From the IMG/VR virus record IMGVR_UViG_3300027278_000003: a stretch of DNA of 64,000 nt; one strand, 5' to 3'. Below the pieces are notes generated by a model. It was not told the origin of the DNA. It did no database searches and worked only from the letters and a program-made list of their open reading frames with translations. The translations under genes and the position numbers were made by a program. Position 1 is the first letter of the stretch. Each line of letters starts with the position of its first letter. Below, in pieces: positions 19,139 to 28,404 of this stretch. The stretch comes from a virus (lineage: Duplodnaviria; Caudoviricetes).

Positions 19139-19587
19139 TGGCAACACATAGAAGTAACCGAGGTGTCCCATTGGATCTTGGTAAATTGATGGCACAACAA
19201 GAGAAAAACATTACTGTTGGGAACGTCAAAACAAATGCACGTGGTGATCAACTTGGTCGCGGTGGGCGTGTAGTCAAGAGTGCAGACCAAATCGCACGTG
19301 AACACTACGCAAATAACCCACCACGCGAAGTTAAGCGAACAACAATTAAAACTGACACTGCCGATGTTAAAAAAGCAGTATCAAAACCCCTTGAAGACGA
19401 TTGGGCGGAACCTGCACCAAAAGCAGATCCAATTGTTAGCAAAAAAGAAGAACCAGAAGTAGATCCAAACTTCAACACGGATGAGGCCCCATGGATCGAA
19501 GATGCCGATGGTAACTTTGTAAGAGCAAGCGAACTCGCAGAAAGACTCGAAGATGAATCCGTATCAAAATCTAAAAAAAATAAATGA
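19138..19587 (+). CDS. Hypothetical protein with acidic/Pro-rich C-terminus
   Basis: GAGG RBS; TAATG coupling. Confidence 0.65.
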   Translation: MATHRSNRGVPLDLGKLMAQQEKNITVGNVKTNARGDQLGRGGRVVKSADQIAREHYANNPPREVKRTTIKTDTADVKKAVSKPLEDDWAEPAPKADPIVSKKEEPEVDPNFNTDEAPWIEDADGNFVRASELAERLEDESVSKSKKNK

Positions 19588-19600
19588 AGTGGTAATAGAC

Positions 19601-19939
19601 ATGCAAACACTTACTCCATTAGCAGATAAAATTATTTTAGTAAATCTTGACCATGGCGTCAAGAAATCACTAGGTGGTGTTATTCTTGCAGATGATAGCA
19701 CAACAGACGCCGGTGAACGTGGTATTCGCGCACGTTGGGCACAAGTATACGCAGCGGGTCCGGATCAAAAAGACGTTAAACGTGGCGATTGGGTTCTTAT
19801 GGATCATGGTCGTTGGAGTCTAGGGCAAGACCTTGATCTTGGCGAAGGAACATTTCGTTTTTGGCTAGGAGACCCAAATGGTATTCTTGGTTTGTCCGAG
19901 ACTATCCCAGATGGAATCGAACCAAAAGTAACTATCTAA
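19601..19939 (+). CDS. groES: Co-chaperonin GroES-like protein
   Basis: LTPLADKIIL...GGVILAD...VYAAGP...VKRGDWVL. Confidence 0.8.
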   Translation: MQTLTPLADKIILVNLDHGVKKSLGGVILADDSTTDAGERGIRARWAQVYAAGPDQKDVKRGDWVLMDHGRWSLGQDLDLGEGTFRFWLGDPNGILGLSETIPDGIEPKVTI

Positions 19940-19940
19940 T

Positions 19941-20657
19941 ATGCTTGATGTTTTTTATCTAACATATAATGGCGACTATTCTCAGAAGAATTTTGACAGA
20001 ATTGTCGAATTATCTGATGGTGAAAATCGTATCACAAACGTTGCAGATATTGATGGAATCTATGCTGCACACAAACGTTGCGCGGAAATGTCAATGACGG
20101 AAAACTTCTTTGTAATCGACGGTGATGCATATCTGTTAGATGGGTTCAACATTGGTTATGATCCGAGTAATGCAAAAGACGTATATCCCGGTGTCCCCGC
20201 AACGCAATGTACGCACGTTTGGCGGGCCCGTAATCCGTATACTGATAAAGTCTATGGATATGGCGGTGTAAAAATGTTCAACGTTGGTGCGTTTGACAGT
20301 GACGATGATGATGTAGTTGATATGACTACTACCGTTGCAAAACGTGGCTTTCCATACTATGCAGTAAAGCAAGTCTCTAACATCACACAGTTTAACAATA
20401 GTCCATTCAATGCTTGGAAAGGTGCATTTCGAGAATGTGCAAAACTAGCAAGCGGTGGTATGGAATGGGGAGATGTTGAGAAGCTAAACGAGTGGAAAAC
20501 ACGAAACTATCATGCAGACTTCTATGAGCAAGTTCACACAGGCGTTCTCATGGGAGAGAAGTATGGCAGAGAACACAGAGACGACCGAGAAGCAATGAAG
20601 AAGATTAACGATTTTGAATGGTTGAAACTTTGTTTCGACAGCATGGTGAATATATGA
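19941..20657 (+). CDS. Glycosyltransferase-like (GT-A type) phage protein
   Basis: DVFYLTY, AAHKRCA, FFVIDGDA (DxD), YGYGGVKMF, AFRECAKL. Confidence 0.55.
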   Translation: MLDVFYLTYNGDYSQKNFDRIVELSDGENRITNVADIDGIYAAHKRCAEMSMTENFFVIDGDAYLLDGFNIGYDPSNAKDVYPGVPATQCTHVWRARNPYTDKVYGYGGVKMFNVGAFDSDDDDVVDMTTTVAKRGFPYYAVKQVSNITQFNNSPFNAWKGAFRECAKLASGGMEWGDVEKLNEWKTRNYHADFYEQVHTGVLMGEKYGREHRDDREAMKKINDFEWLKLCFDSMVNI

Positions 20658-20872
20658 GACGCAAACGCTTTAATCTGACTGAACAAGAAAAATCACAGTT
20701 ACGTCAGAAAAAACTAGATATGTTGATGGAAAAAGAAACAGTCTGGTTAAATGAACCATTTCACGGATACTGCGACAACTCAGATCATCCATTGTTTACA
20801 ATAAAAGTAACACTTGACAAGCAAATATGTGCATGTTATTATTGTTCTAAAGTATACATACTAAAACGTTAA
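20654..20872 (+). CDS. zf-CHCC-like zinc-finger protein
   Basis: C..SDHP....CYYC..Y. Confidence 0.55.
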   Translation: MRRKRFNLTEQEKSQLRQKKLDMLMEKETVWLNEPFHGYCDNSDHPLFTIKVTLDKQICACYYCSKVYILKR

Positions 20873-20881
20873 GAGGATATT

Positions 20882-21067
20882 ATGGCAAAAGAATCTCAGC
20901 CAATAGACCATATTGTAATTGGTCTGGACGATGCAACCCCCAACACAATGCAAGAAGCAAACAAGCGCCGTTGGAAGATGTGGTCAGAATTCATGACTGT
21001 TCAACGTCTACAAATTATTCTGCTTTCTGCTATTCTGGCGGTTGAACTTGTACAGTTGCTAAAATGA
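20882..21067 (+). CDS. Small hypothetical protein with hydrophobic C-terminus
   Basis: GAGG RBS; ORF track. Confidence 0.55.
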   Translation: MAKESQPIDHIVIGLDDATPNTMQEANKRRWKMWSEFMTVQRLQIILLSAILAVELVQLLK

Positions 21068-21300
21068 GCGAATGGCTGCGGCGACTAATCGCCAAACATA
21101 CTGAAAAACAATTTCAAGAAAAACGAATTGACGTTATCAATGACATGTGCTATACAAGTAGACACGATTTTGGTCTTGTCAAGAATCCAGACCGACCATT
21201 GGAAAGTGGCATGACAGAAGCAGAACGTGAGTTTCTGTGGAATGAAATGGCACAAATATTTGATAATTGTATTGCACCAAAGATGGATTTCAAAAAGTGA
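21064..21300 (+). CDS. Small hypothetical protein
   Basis: ORF track, ATGA overlap. Confidence 0.55.
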   Translation: MSEWLRRLIAKHTEKQFQEKRIDVINDMCYTSRHDFGLVKNPDRPLESGMTEAEREFLWNEMAQIFDNCIAPKMDFKK

Positions 21301-21509
21301 AACTCCAAGTGACTGAATTTAAAATTCATGAAAATGGATATTTTGAAGAAATATTTGCAGTCAAGAAACATGCATATATTCCAAGAAAAATGTCAAGTGG
21401 TCATTGGGTCTGGAGAAAACCATACTATAGAATTTGTATCGTAAATGAACCAATGCATTTTTATGAAGGTGAATCATACACAAGCTATCAATGGATGGAT
21501 GAATCGTAA
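21297..21509 (+). CDS. Small hypothetical protein
   Basis: GTGA overlap with the previous stop. Confidence 0.45.
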   Translation: MKLQVTEFKIHENGYFEEIFAVKKHAYIPRKMSSGHWVWRKPYYRICIVNEPMHFYEGESYTSYQWMDES

Positions 21510-21704
21510 TTTGCCTATTTTACATTACTAAACGCTGATAACACAGGGAAACTATAAAGTGACAAGACAACTCGCAGATTTTATCACTGCTGAAATTGAT
21601 GATTTAGGTGATCTAGTGATTACTTTTGATGATAATGATGAATATTTTGAAATGAGTGTTCCTGCACGTGATGTGCTTGAAATGCTACGGGAGTTTTTTG
21701 ACGA

Positions 21705-22634
21705 ATGAAAGAGCTATGGGTAGAAAAGTATCGTCCGAAATCTGTAAAAGATTACGTGTTTCGTGACGAAAAACAAAAGAAGCAAGTACAGTCATGGGTT
21801 AGTAGTGGTGCTATTCCACATTTGCTATTTTCTGGTGCTGCTGGTACTGGCAAGACCACACTTGCAAAAGTTCTGCTAAATGAACTTGGCGTTGACGGTG
21901 GCGACATTATGATGATCAACGCATCAAACGAAAACAATGTTGACACAATGCGAACAAAGATCAATGGCTTCGCAAGTTCCCTACCATTCTCTGGCGATTT
22001 CAAATATGTGCTACTAGACGAAGCCGATTATCTATCTCCAAACGCACAAGCGATTCTACGTAACATGATGGAAACATATAGTTCAACTTGTCGTTTCATT
22101 CTCACGTGTAACTATCCAAACAAAGTGATCCCTGCTATCCACTCCCGCTGTCAGGGTTATCACATTGAAAAACTAGACAAAGAAGAATTTATGGCACGTG
22201 TTGCAACTATTCTTATCAGTGAAGGTGTTGATCTAGACATTGAAACTCTGGACATTTATGTTGCTGCAACATATCCCGATCTACGCAAATGCACAAACAT
22301 GGTACAGCAAAGTGTCGTTGATGGCGTGCTACAAGCACCAGGTGCAGGAGAGAGTGGCGAGAGTGATTGGATTCTCGAATACGTTGCAATGTTCCAAATT
22401 GGTAATATTGCAGGCGCACGTAAGCTAATTGTTGAAAAAGCGCGGCCAGAAGAATATGAAGGTGTTTATCGTAAACTATATGAAAACATCACAGATTGGT
22501 TTGGGCCAGACGAAAAGACTATCGGGCGTGCATTACTTTGCATTCGTGACGGTCTAGTCAATCATGCACTTGTTGCTGACCCAGAAATCAATTTGAGTGC
22601 AACACTCCTTGAACTTCAATATATTGCGAAATAA
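21705..22634 (+). CDS. Sliding-clamp loader AAA+ subunit (T4 gp44 / RFC small subunit family)
   Basis: WVEKYRP, LLFSGAAGTGKTT, INASNE, LDEADYL, RFILTCN, IHSRC. Confidence 0.92.
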   Translation: MKELWVEKYRPKSVKDYVFRDEKQKKQVQSWVSSGAIPHLLFSGAAGTGKTTLAKVLLNELGVDGGDIMMINASNENNVDTMRTKINGFASSLPFSGDFKYVLLDEADYLSPNAQAILRNMMETYSSTCRFILTCNYPNKVIPAIHSRCQGYHIEKLDKEEFMARVATILISEGVDLDIETLDIYVAATYPDLRKCTNMVQQSVVDGVLQAPGAGESGESDWILEYVAMFQIGNIAGARKLIVEKARPEEYEGVYRKLYENITDWFGPDEKTIGRALLCIRDGLVNHALVADPEINLSATLLELQYIAK

Positions 22635-23048
22635 ATGGACGAAGAATACGAACCACGAATTATCATGACTGACAACGAGTATGCACAATATAGATTGTTG
22701 CTACATCGTGAGCTTGCTACTATTGCAGAAAACCGTGATCCGCCGAGTCCATTTAGACCATTGCTTGAAGAAGGTTACAATCTAAAAATTGTAGTAAATC
22801 ACACAAATGATCTTCCTTGGGTGATTGAAAGATTTGAAGAAAAAATTATAAACGGCGATTATGAACACGTAATCATTGGCGACCCAAAAACACTAGGATA
22901 CAGCATGGATACGCTTGATCGACTACTTGAAGATCGGGATGTGTCTGCAACGTATTATAAAAATAAAGAATGGATTATTTTTTTGCTAAATATAACAAAG
23001 AACAATAAACTTGTTATTGAACAATCAAAAATAATTGTAGAAAGATAA
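22635..23048 (+). CDS. Hypothetical protein
   Basis: ORF track, directly abuts the clamp loader. Confidence 0.55.
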   Translation: MDEEYEPRIIMTDNEYAQYRLLLHRELATIAENRDPPSPFRPLLEEGYNLKIVVNHTNDLPWVIERFEEKIINGDYEHVIIGDPKTLGYSMDTLDRLLEDRDVSATYYKNKEWIIFLLNITKNNKLVIEQSKIIVER

Positions 23049-23050
23049 TA

Positions 23051-23374
23051 ATGGCAAAAAACGCATATATCGTATTGCAGCATATGTATGTCCCTGCAAA
23101 AGGTGAGAACACCAGTATGAAAAACTGGGGTGAACTCGGAAAAAACACAATGGTTGAGGAAATCTACTTCGTTACACGTATTCGTAAACGTTGGTGGCAA
23201 ACCGCAACTACTATCGTAAATCTAACAGAACGTAAAATTGAAAAGAACAGTGCGGAAACAACTGACTACAATCAGATTGTACAACACGTGATGATTAAGT
23301 ATCCAGCACAATATAACTCATTCATCGATGAATGCCGCGAATCAGGTTTGATCAACAAAGGTGCAAAAGAATGA
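23051..23374 (+). CDS. Hypothetical phage protein
   Basis: ORF track. Confidence 0.6.
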   Translation: MAKNAYIVLQHMYVPAKGENTSMKNWGELGKNTMVEEIYFVTRIRKRWWQTATTIVNLTERKIEKNSAETTDYNQIVQHVMIKYPAQYNSFIDECRESGLINKGAKE

Positions 23375-23814
23375 GCCGTATCTTAAAGAGAAAATTTCAA
23401 TCAATTCATAACATGCCATCATATAAAGTGATAGGCACCGTATCTCCTGAGATTATGAAAAAACTAACCGACCTCACTGTTAACAAAAACACAGAGGTAG
23501 CGCAAGAAATCGTTACTGCGATTACACAAGTGCTAAAAGCAAATATCACTGGTATGGCAGCAGATGCGTATGTTGAACCGTTCGAAACAGATTGGATCAA
23601 CCGTTTGAATTACGAAACTCCTACTGGTATTTTCTATTTGATTTCAGAGGGTGATGCTGATATCCAGTTCCCTAAAGAATCTGTAAAAATACAACCAGGA
23701 AAAGTTTATTTTGTGGATGAACGTCAAACATTTAAAATAAGTTCACCAAACAACACACGCGTGTGCTTAATGAGCGGACGTTTCACTTGGAACAAAGAGG
23801 TTCACGGAGACTAA
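23371..23814 (+). CDS. Hypothetical protein (possible cupin-like C-terminus)
   Basis: ATGA overlap; IFYLISEG...IQPGKVYFV. Confidence 0.5.
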   Translation: MSRILKRKFQSIHNMPSYKVIGTVSPEIMKKLTDLTVNKNTEVAQEIVTAITQVLKANITGMAADAYVEPFETDWINRLNYETPTGIFYLISEGDADIQFPKESVKIQPGKVYFVDERQTFKISSPNNTRVCLMSGRFTWNKEVHGD

Positions 23815-24617
23815 TGAAAAAGTTTATCGTTTCACTATTCGTTTCATTATTTGCAACGATTTTGTTTGCCGGTACTACCGGCGAACTACCAGTGGACGAT
23901 AAGCGCGGGTGGTGGTTTGAAACTATTGACTTGGATGCAAGAGATTACGCATATGATGTTGTCACCGATAATACTCGGAAAGGTGAGACCGGTCTGCGTT
24001 TTGAATTGCGCGATGGTGATTGCTATACCGCATATCCAGAAAATCCAAGCAGTGGTTGGGATGACTGCACCCGTGACCGTGAACGCAGTGAAATCCGTGA
24101 ACGTTGGAATCCAATTCTGGATAAGAGTGTTTGGTATGCATTTAGTATCTTCATTCCAGAAGATTACGAACCAATGTATCCAAAGCAAATCTTCTTCCAA
24201 TGGCACGGCGGTCCTGCACCAACAATCTACTATCATCTAAACGAAAATAAGTTTCATGTTGATATTCTAGCAGAGGTTGGACAGACCACTACACAATACA
24301 CATTTGGAGACAACATTCTCACACTCGGAGAATGGCATGACTTCGAAGTCAATATTGTTTGGAGTGCTAACGAACAAAATGGCAAGATGCTACTTTATGT
24401 AGACGGTGTGCGTCTTATCGAATATCGCGGTCCCACTATGCCACAAGAAGTTTATGATGCAGGCGAAGGTCCACAAGTAAAGTTTGGCATCTATCGTTCA
24501 CATCTGTCACGTTGGTCAGAAGATCGTCCGCACCCAACGCATGTTCTTTACTTTGATGAATATCGTCGTGGCTATAATCATACTGACGTTGATGTTGACA
24601 ATTACACAGGTGACTAA
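23814..24617 (+). CDS. Secreted polysaccharide-lyase-like beta-jelly-roll protein
   Basis: Signal peptide MKKFIVSLFVSLFATILFA; LRFELRDGD, RERSE, WYAFSIFIP, FQWH, GEWHDF, KFGIYRS, LYFDE. Confidence 0.7.
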   Translation: MKKFIVSLFVSLFATILFAGTTGELPVDDKRGWWFETIDLDARDYAYDVVTDNTRKGETGLRFELRDGDCYTAYPENPSSGWDDCTRDRERSEIRERWNPILDKSVWYAFSIFIPEDYEPMYPKQIFFQWHGGPAPTIYYHLNENKFHVDILAEVGQTTTQYTFGDNILTLGEWHDFEVNIVWSANEQNGKMLLYVDGVRLIEYRGPTMPQEVYDAGEGPQVKFGIYRSHLSRWSEDRPHPTHVLYFDEYRRGYNHTDVDVDNYTGD

Positions 24618-24919
24618 TGCCTGTAGATTTACACGGATATAAAATTCACAGTGCGTGGAGAGAGTATCGAAAAGCAACGCAAGATTGCTACTTTAAAGGT
24701 GTAAAAAAATTACAAGTAATAACTGGTCATGGAGTAATGCAACGAGAATTTCTCGGTTGGGTAGACGCTGACCCGTATGCAGTATCCGCCGCAAGACTTG
24801 ACCCGAATAAAGGTGCATGGACTGTTTACATCAAACGTAAAGAAAATCAGCCGAAACCAAAACCAATCGAACAGTTAAATCTCAAAGAACTTTATAAACA
24901 TTTTAATAAAAGTTCTTGA
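24617..24919 (+). CDS. Stand-alone Smr-domain protein
   Basis: VDLHG...LQVITGHG...NKGAWTVYIK. Confidence 0.75.
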   Translation: MPVDLHGYKIHSAWREYRKATQDCYFKGVKKLQVITGHGVMQREFLGWVDADPYAVSAARLDPNKGAWTVYIKRKENQPKPKPIEQLNLKELYKHFNKSS

Positions 24920-24944
24920 CATCCTCTGCGAATCATCATATAAC
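24916..24944 (+). promoter_or_regulatory. sigma70-type early promoter with CGAATCA at spacer positions 8-14
   Basis: TTGACA(24916)-N17-TATAAC(24939). Confidence 0.8.
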
Positions 24945-24976
24945 ATACATGTGATGAACAAATAGAGGACATTCTA

Positions 24977-26581
24977 ATGAATATCAAACTTTTTAAATCG
25001 CTTGTTGCTACTACGTTTCTAGTATCCGCAGGCTCAGCGGTAATTGCAGGACCGACAGAAGTTCGACAAGTGCAGGCAATGCTAAACTTTATCGGATATG
25101 AGTCCGGTCCTGCGGATGGAGTCGCTGGTCGTCGTACTAACGCAGCGGTAGAGAAATTCTACCGAGATCGTGGTCAAGTATTTGACGGTACAATCGATGG
25201 TAATGAGGTGGACTTCATTAAACTAGAAGCAGAAGCAAAGGGTTATGCAACTCAAGAACTTTGGTCATCCGATACGATTAACAACTCGCAATCAAACTTA
25301 CCTTTATTTGTGAGCAATTATTACAATAATTTCCCATCTGGTGGGAATATGCGATTCCGTGAAATGTACGGCGGCACAAACTCTTGGGCGGCCGCTCTGG
25401 CAGATTTCGACTACGATGGTGATGGAATTCGTGATAAAGTTATCGCTGTAGTTGCAGAAGCGGATAACCGTTCAAAGCAGGAATATGGCGAATCAGACCG
25501 GGAATACGGTCTACGTGGACGTTGTGATGGTGAGTGTGAATTCTCAACCTTCTCTGGTGTAATTTTCCTTAAAGGGCAGGGGAATGGAGAGTTTCGTTAT
25601 GTTCCGGGTGCAATCGTTGAAAATCCCGATAATATGATCGAATACGGGCATCAGATCGAAACTGCTGATTTCAATGGCGACGGCAAACTTGATATTATTG
25701 TCACAGACCACGGACTAGACCACTGGCGCGACGATTTTGTTGGACGTACTTTAAAATATTTCTTGTCTCAGCCAGATGGGACATGGCGTGAAAGTTCAGC
25801 AACGCATATGAACGGTGGTCGCCATTGGCGTAACTTCAACCATGGTATTACAGTCGGTGATATTGATAGCGATGGCGACATCGATATCGTAGAAACATCA
25901 ATTGCGCGGAACAACCAAGCATACCTTTGGTGCCGCATTAATGACGGTGCGGGGAATATGACACCTCGCGCATGTGGTGGGCGTGGAACCGGTTGGGGTT
26001 TGGCAGCAGAGGACTTCGATGGTGACGGCTGTATTGACGTTGCTCAAGTAGGCACTGGCGGGGAACGTTATCACTTCACTGGGATCAATTGGGGTAACTG
26101 TAGCGGGCGATTTAATGGTGCTACGACACGCATTAATGACCACGATGGACGCAAGGACGACCCAAACAATTGGGAAGGAACTGTAAATGTTTGGTCACAC
26201 GACCTAGACGGTGATGGCGACAAGGATCTTATCGTAAGTCGTATTGGCACTTATTATGTGGGCGGCGCATTCCAGATCGTTGAAAATCTTGGAAACCGCA
26301 AATTTGAAGATCGCGGTATTTTTGTCTACAATGCTCCTCCGGAAACCGCAGCTGGCGTACGGTCATGTCACGATAATTCGGAAGCCAATCCGTGCAACCT
26401 AACAGTAGATCGTCTGTACTTTATTGATGTAAATAACGACGGTATCGATGATCTTGTTACTACAAGCGGCGCAGCACATGTAAACGGCTTGGTTTGGATC
26501 AATAACGGTAACTACGAATTTAATCAGACTTCGGCGCGTGATCTTCGTATTGCTCCCGCGATGCATCGTCGCGACGACTGA
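24977..26581 (+). CDS. Secreted protein: signal peptide, peptidoglycan-binding-like domain and FG-GAP/VCBS repeats
   Basis: VRQVQAMLNFIGY..GPADGVAGRRTNAAV..F; repeated ADFDYDGDG, ADFNGDGKLD, GDIDSDGDID, EDFDGDGCID, DLDGDGDKD, DVNNDGIDD. Confidence 0.8.
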   Translation: MNIKLFKSLVATTFLVSAGSAVIAGPTEVRQVQAMLNFIGYESGPADGVAGRRTNAAVEKFYRDRGQVFDGTIDGNEVDFIKLEAEAKGYATQELWSSDTINNSQSNLPLFVSNYYNNFPSGGNMRFREMYGGTNSWAAALADFDYDGDGIRDKVIAVVAEADNRSKQEYGESDREYGLRGRCDGECEFSTFSGVIFLKGQGNGEFRYVPGAIVENPDNMIEYGHQIETADFNGDGKLDIIVTDHGLDHWRDDFVGRTLKYFLSQPDGTWRESSATHMNGGRHWRNFNHGITVGDIDSDGDIDIVETSIARNNQAYLWCRINDGAGNMTPRACGGRGTGWGLAAEDFDGDGCIDVAQVGTGGERYHFTGINWGNCSGRFNGATTRINDHDGRKDDPNNWEGTVNVWSHDLDGDGDKDLIVSRIGTYYVGGAFQIVENLGNRKFEDRGIFVYNAPPETAAGVRSCHDNSEANPCNLTVDRLYFIDVNNDGIDDLVTTSGAAHVNGLVWINNGNYEFNQTSARDLRIAPAMHRRDD

Positions 26582-26603
26582 GTGTAGAAAATATGAAAAA
26601 ATG

Positions 26604-26629
26604 AAAAGACCCTTCGGGGTCTTTTTTTT
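26604..26629 (+). terminator. Rho-independent terminator (cUUCGg loop)
   Basis: AAAAGACCC-TTCG-GGGTCTTTTTTTT. Confidence 0.9.
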
Positions 26630-26630
26630 G

Positions 26631-26659
26631 TTGACATACTACACGAAACACATTATACA
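26631..26659 (+). promoter_or_regulatory. sigma70-type early promoter, variant spacer motif CGAAAC
   Basis: TTGACA(26631)-N17-TATACA(26654). Confidence 0.7.
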
Positions 26660-26677
26660 TATGCTGTAACAAGGACA

Positions 26678-26908
26678 ATGATGATGCGAAATCTAACACA
26701 ACTTGAAGAAGACCTTTTTGATCTTGCAGAAAAACTTGGTGTTGGCACGAAAAGCAGTGATGTATGTCTACGAGCCATTCGCAAGATACAAGAACTTGAA
26801 GGCGAAGTAACTGATCTTACTGCTAAGAATACTCGTATGAGTTGGGAAGTAAATCCTGATCGTATGGGCGGAATGTTTACTCGCGAAGAACTGAATAGGG
26901 ATGAATGA
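26678..26908 (+). CDS. Small early hypothetical protein
   Basis: AAGGA RBS; ORF track. Confidence 0.6.
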   Translation: MMMRNLTQLEEDLFDLAEKLGVGTKSSDVCLRAIRKIQELEGEVTDLTAKNTRMSWEVNPDRMGGMFTREELNRDE

Positions 26909-27147
26909 TAATGACTTTTTGGGCTACACTATGGTATGCGGGTGCGGTTGTATTAACACTTGGGGATGAAGGACAAACCGAAGACGAGTGCAATATGATC
27001 GGACATCAAATAATGTATGACATTACAACTCCGTATTCAGACCCAGAAATGGAAGAAGTTTTGGCGGAAAGTCCATTCCCTACTCACCAGTTTTCATTCT
27101 CTTGTGAAAAAGAAATGCTTCCGATTGACGAAAAATATCGCAAATAA
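26905..27147 (+). CDS. Small early hypothetical protein
   Basis: ATGA overlap. Confidence 0.55.
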   Translation: MIMTFWATLWYAGAVVLTLGDEGQTEDECNMIGHQIMYDITTPYSDPEMEEVLAESPFPTHQFSFSCEKEMLPIDEKYRK

Positions 27148-27150
27148 TTC

Positions 27151-27179
27151 TTGACAGTTTGTACGAATCGCGCTATACA
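27151..27179 (+). promoter_or_regulatory. sigma70-type early promoter with CGAATCG at spacer positions 8-14
   Basis: TTGACA(27151)-N17-TATACA(27174). Confidence 0.8.
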
Positions 27180-27207
27180 TAGTATGTAAGAAAAAAGAAA
27201 GAGACAA

Positions 27208-27780
27208 ATGACTGAAAAACTTATTTTGACCGACTGCGATGGTGTTCTTCTTGATTGGGAAGTAGCGTTTGAGCAATGGATGGAACAGCATGGGCACAAG
27301 AAAGTTGTCCAAGCAACGTATGATATTTCTACCACGTACGGTATCGACAAAGCCGAAGGCAAGCGTCTTGTTCGTGAATTCAACGAAAGTGCGTGGATGG
27401 GATTTCTTCCTGCGTTTCGTGATGCCCGGAGCGGTGTTGCAAAACTTGTTGAACAAGGCTACAAGTTTGTTGTTATCACTTCGCTTTCACTTGACGAAAA
27501 AGCCCGGATGCTACGGATCAGCAACTTGAAAAACATCTTTGGTAAGGATGTGTTCGTTGATGTTATCTGTCTTGACACTGGTGCAGACAAGGACGAAGAA
27601 CTTGTAAAGTACGCGGGTACTGGTCTGCGGTGGATCGAAGATAAGCCAGAAAACGCTGAATGCGGGTTGAAATACGGATTGAAGCCGATCTTGATTGAAC
27701 ACAATCACAACCGTGATCACGATGTTGAAGGCATTGAATACGCAGAAGATTGGGACGATATCGTTTCCAACTTGATTTAA
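27208..27780 (+). CDS. HAD-superfamily 5'(3')-nucleotidase-like protein
   Basis: LTDCDGVLLDW (DxDG), VITS, WIEDKPENA. Confidence 0.75.
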   Translation: MTEKLILTDCDGVLLDWEVAFEQWMEQHGHKKVVQATYDISTTYGIDKAEGKRLVREFNESAWMGFLPAFRDARSGVAKLVEQGYKFVVITSLSLDEKARMLRISNLKNIFGKDVFVDVICLDTGADKDEELVKYAGTGLRWIEDKPENAECGLKYGLKPILIEHNHNRDHDVEGIEYAEDWDDIVSNLI

Positions 27781-27783
27781 CAG

Positions 27784-27812
27784 TTGACACACTCTGCGAA
27801 TCGCTCTATAAA
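27784..27812 (+). promoter_or_regulatory. sigma70-type early promoter with CGAATCG at spacer positions 8-14
   Basis: TTGACA(27784)-N17-TATAAA(27807). Confidence 0.8.
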
Positions 27813-27838
27813 GATAGTGTAACAAACGGAGTAATACG

Positions 27839-28111
27839 ATGATTAAGATGTTATCTCGCGAAGAAAAAGCAGCACTGTTTCAAGAAGCAGTTGGCGCGAT
27901 TTCTATGGGTGCGCTCATTGATGTAGTTGATGCAAGCGGTTCTGCTAATTCTGTATGCATCGGTGATTTCCGTGATATTGGTTGGAGTGAGCGGATTTCT
28001 ACGCGCCGTTCGCTCTATTATCGTTGGACTGGTCCGGTTGCGATTCGTGTGAATGGACAAATTGTTGAACCCGGTGGCTACACCGAAGAATATGAAATGG
28101 ATTGGACATGA
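27839..28111 (+). CDS. Small early hypothetical protein
   Basis: GGAG RBS downstream of the promoter. Confidence 0.6.
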   Translation: MIKMLSREEKAALFQEAVGAISMGALIDVVDASGSANSVCIGDFRDIGWSERISTRRSLYYRWTGPVAIRVNGQIVEPGGYTEEYEMDWT

Positions 28112-28404
28112 TTGAACTTAATGATTGCACGATGATTGAGAAAGCTGATTTCCCAGGCGGATACCAATGTGTACTAGATTACGGTGATGAAACACAATTG
28201 AGTATTATCACAGGTAATGGTGCTATTGGTGGTACACAGGGATTGTACGAGATTGCAATTCTCAAGAATGGTGATGTTGCTTCTCTGCCGGGTATCAACG
28301 ATCTTGATACTGATGTAGTTCGCGGGTATCTAACGGAAGACGAAGTAAACGCGATCATGAAAAAACTTTATCTTATCACAGCAAAAATTCCGGAGCAAGT
28401 ATAA
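28102..28404 (+). CDS. Hypothetical phage protein
   Basis: ORF track; LYEIAIL and VRGYLT motifs. Confidence 0.6.
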   Translation: MDMIELNDCTMIEKADFPGGYQCVLDYGDETQLSIITGNGAIGGTQGLYEIAILKNGDVASLPGINDLDTDVVRGYLTEDEVNAIMKKLYLITAKIPEQV

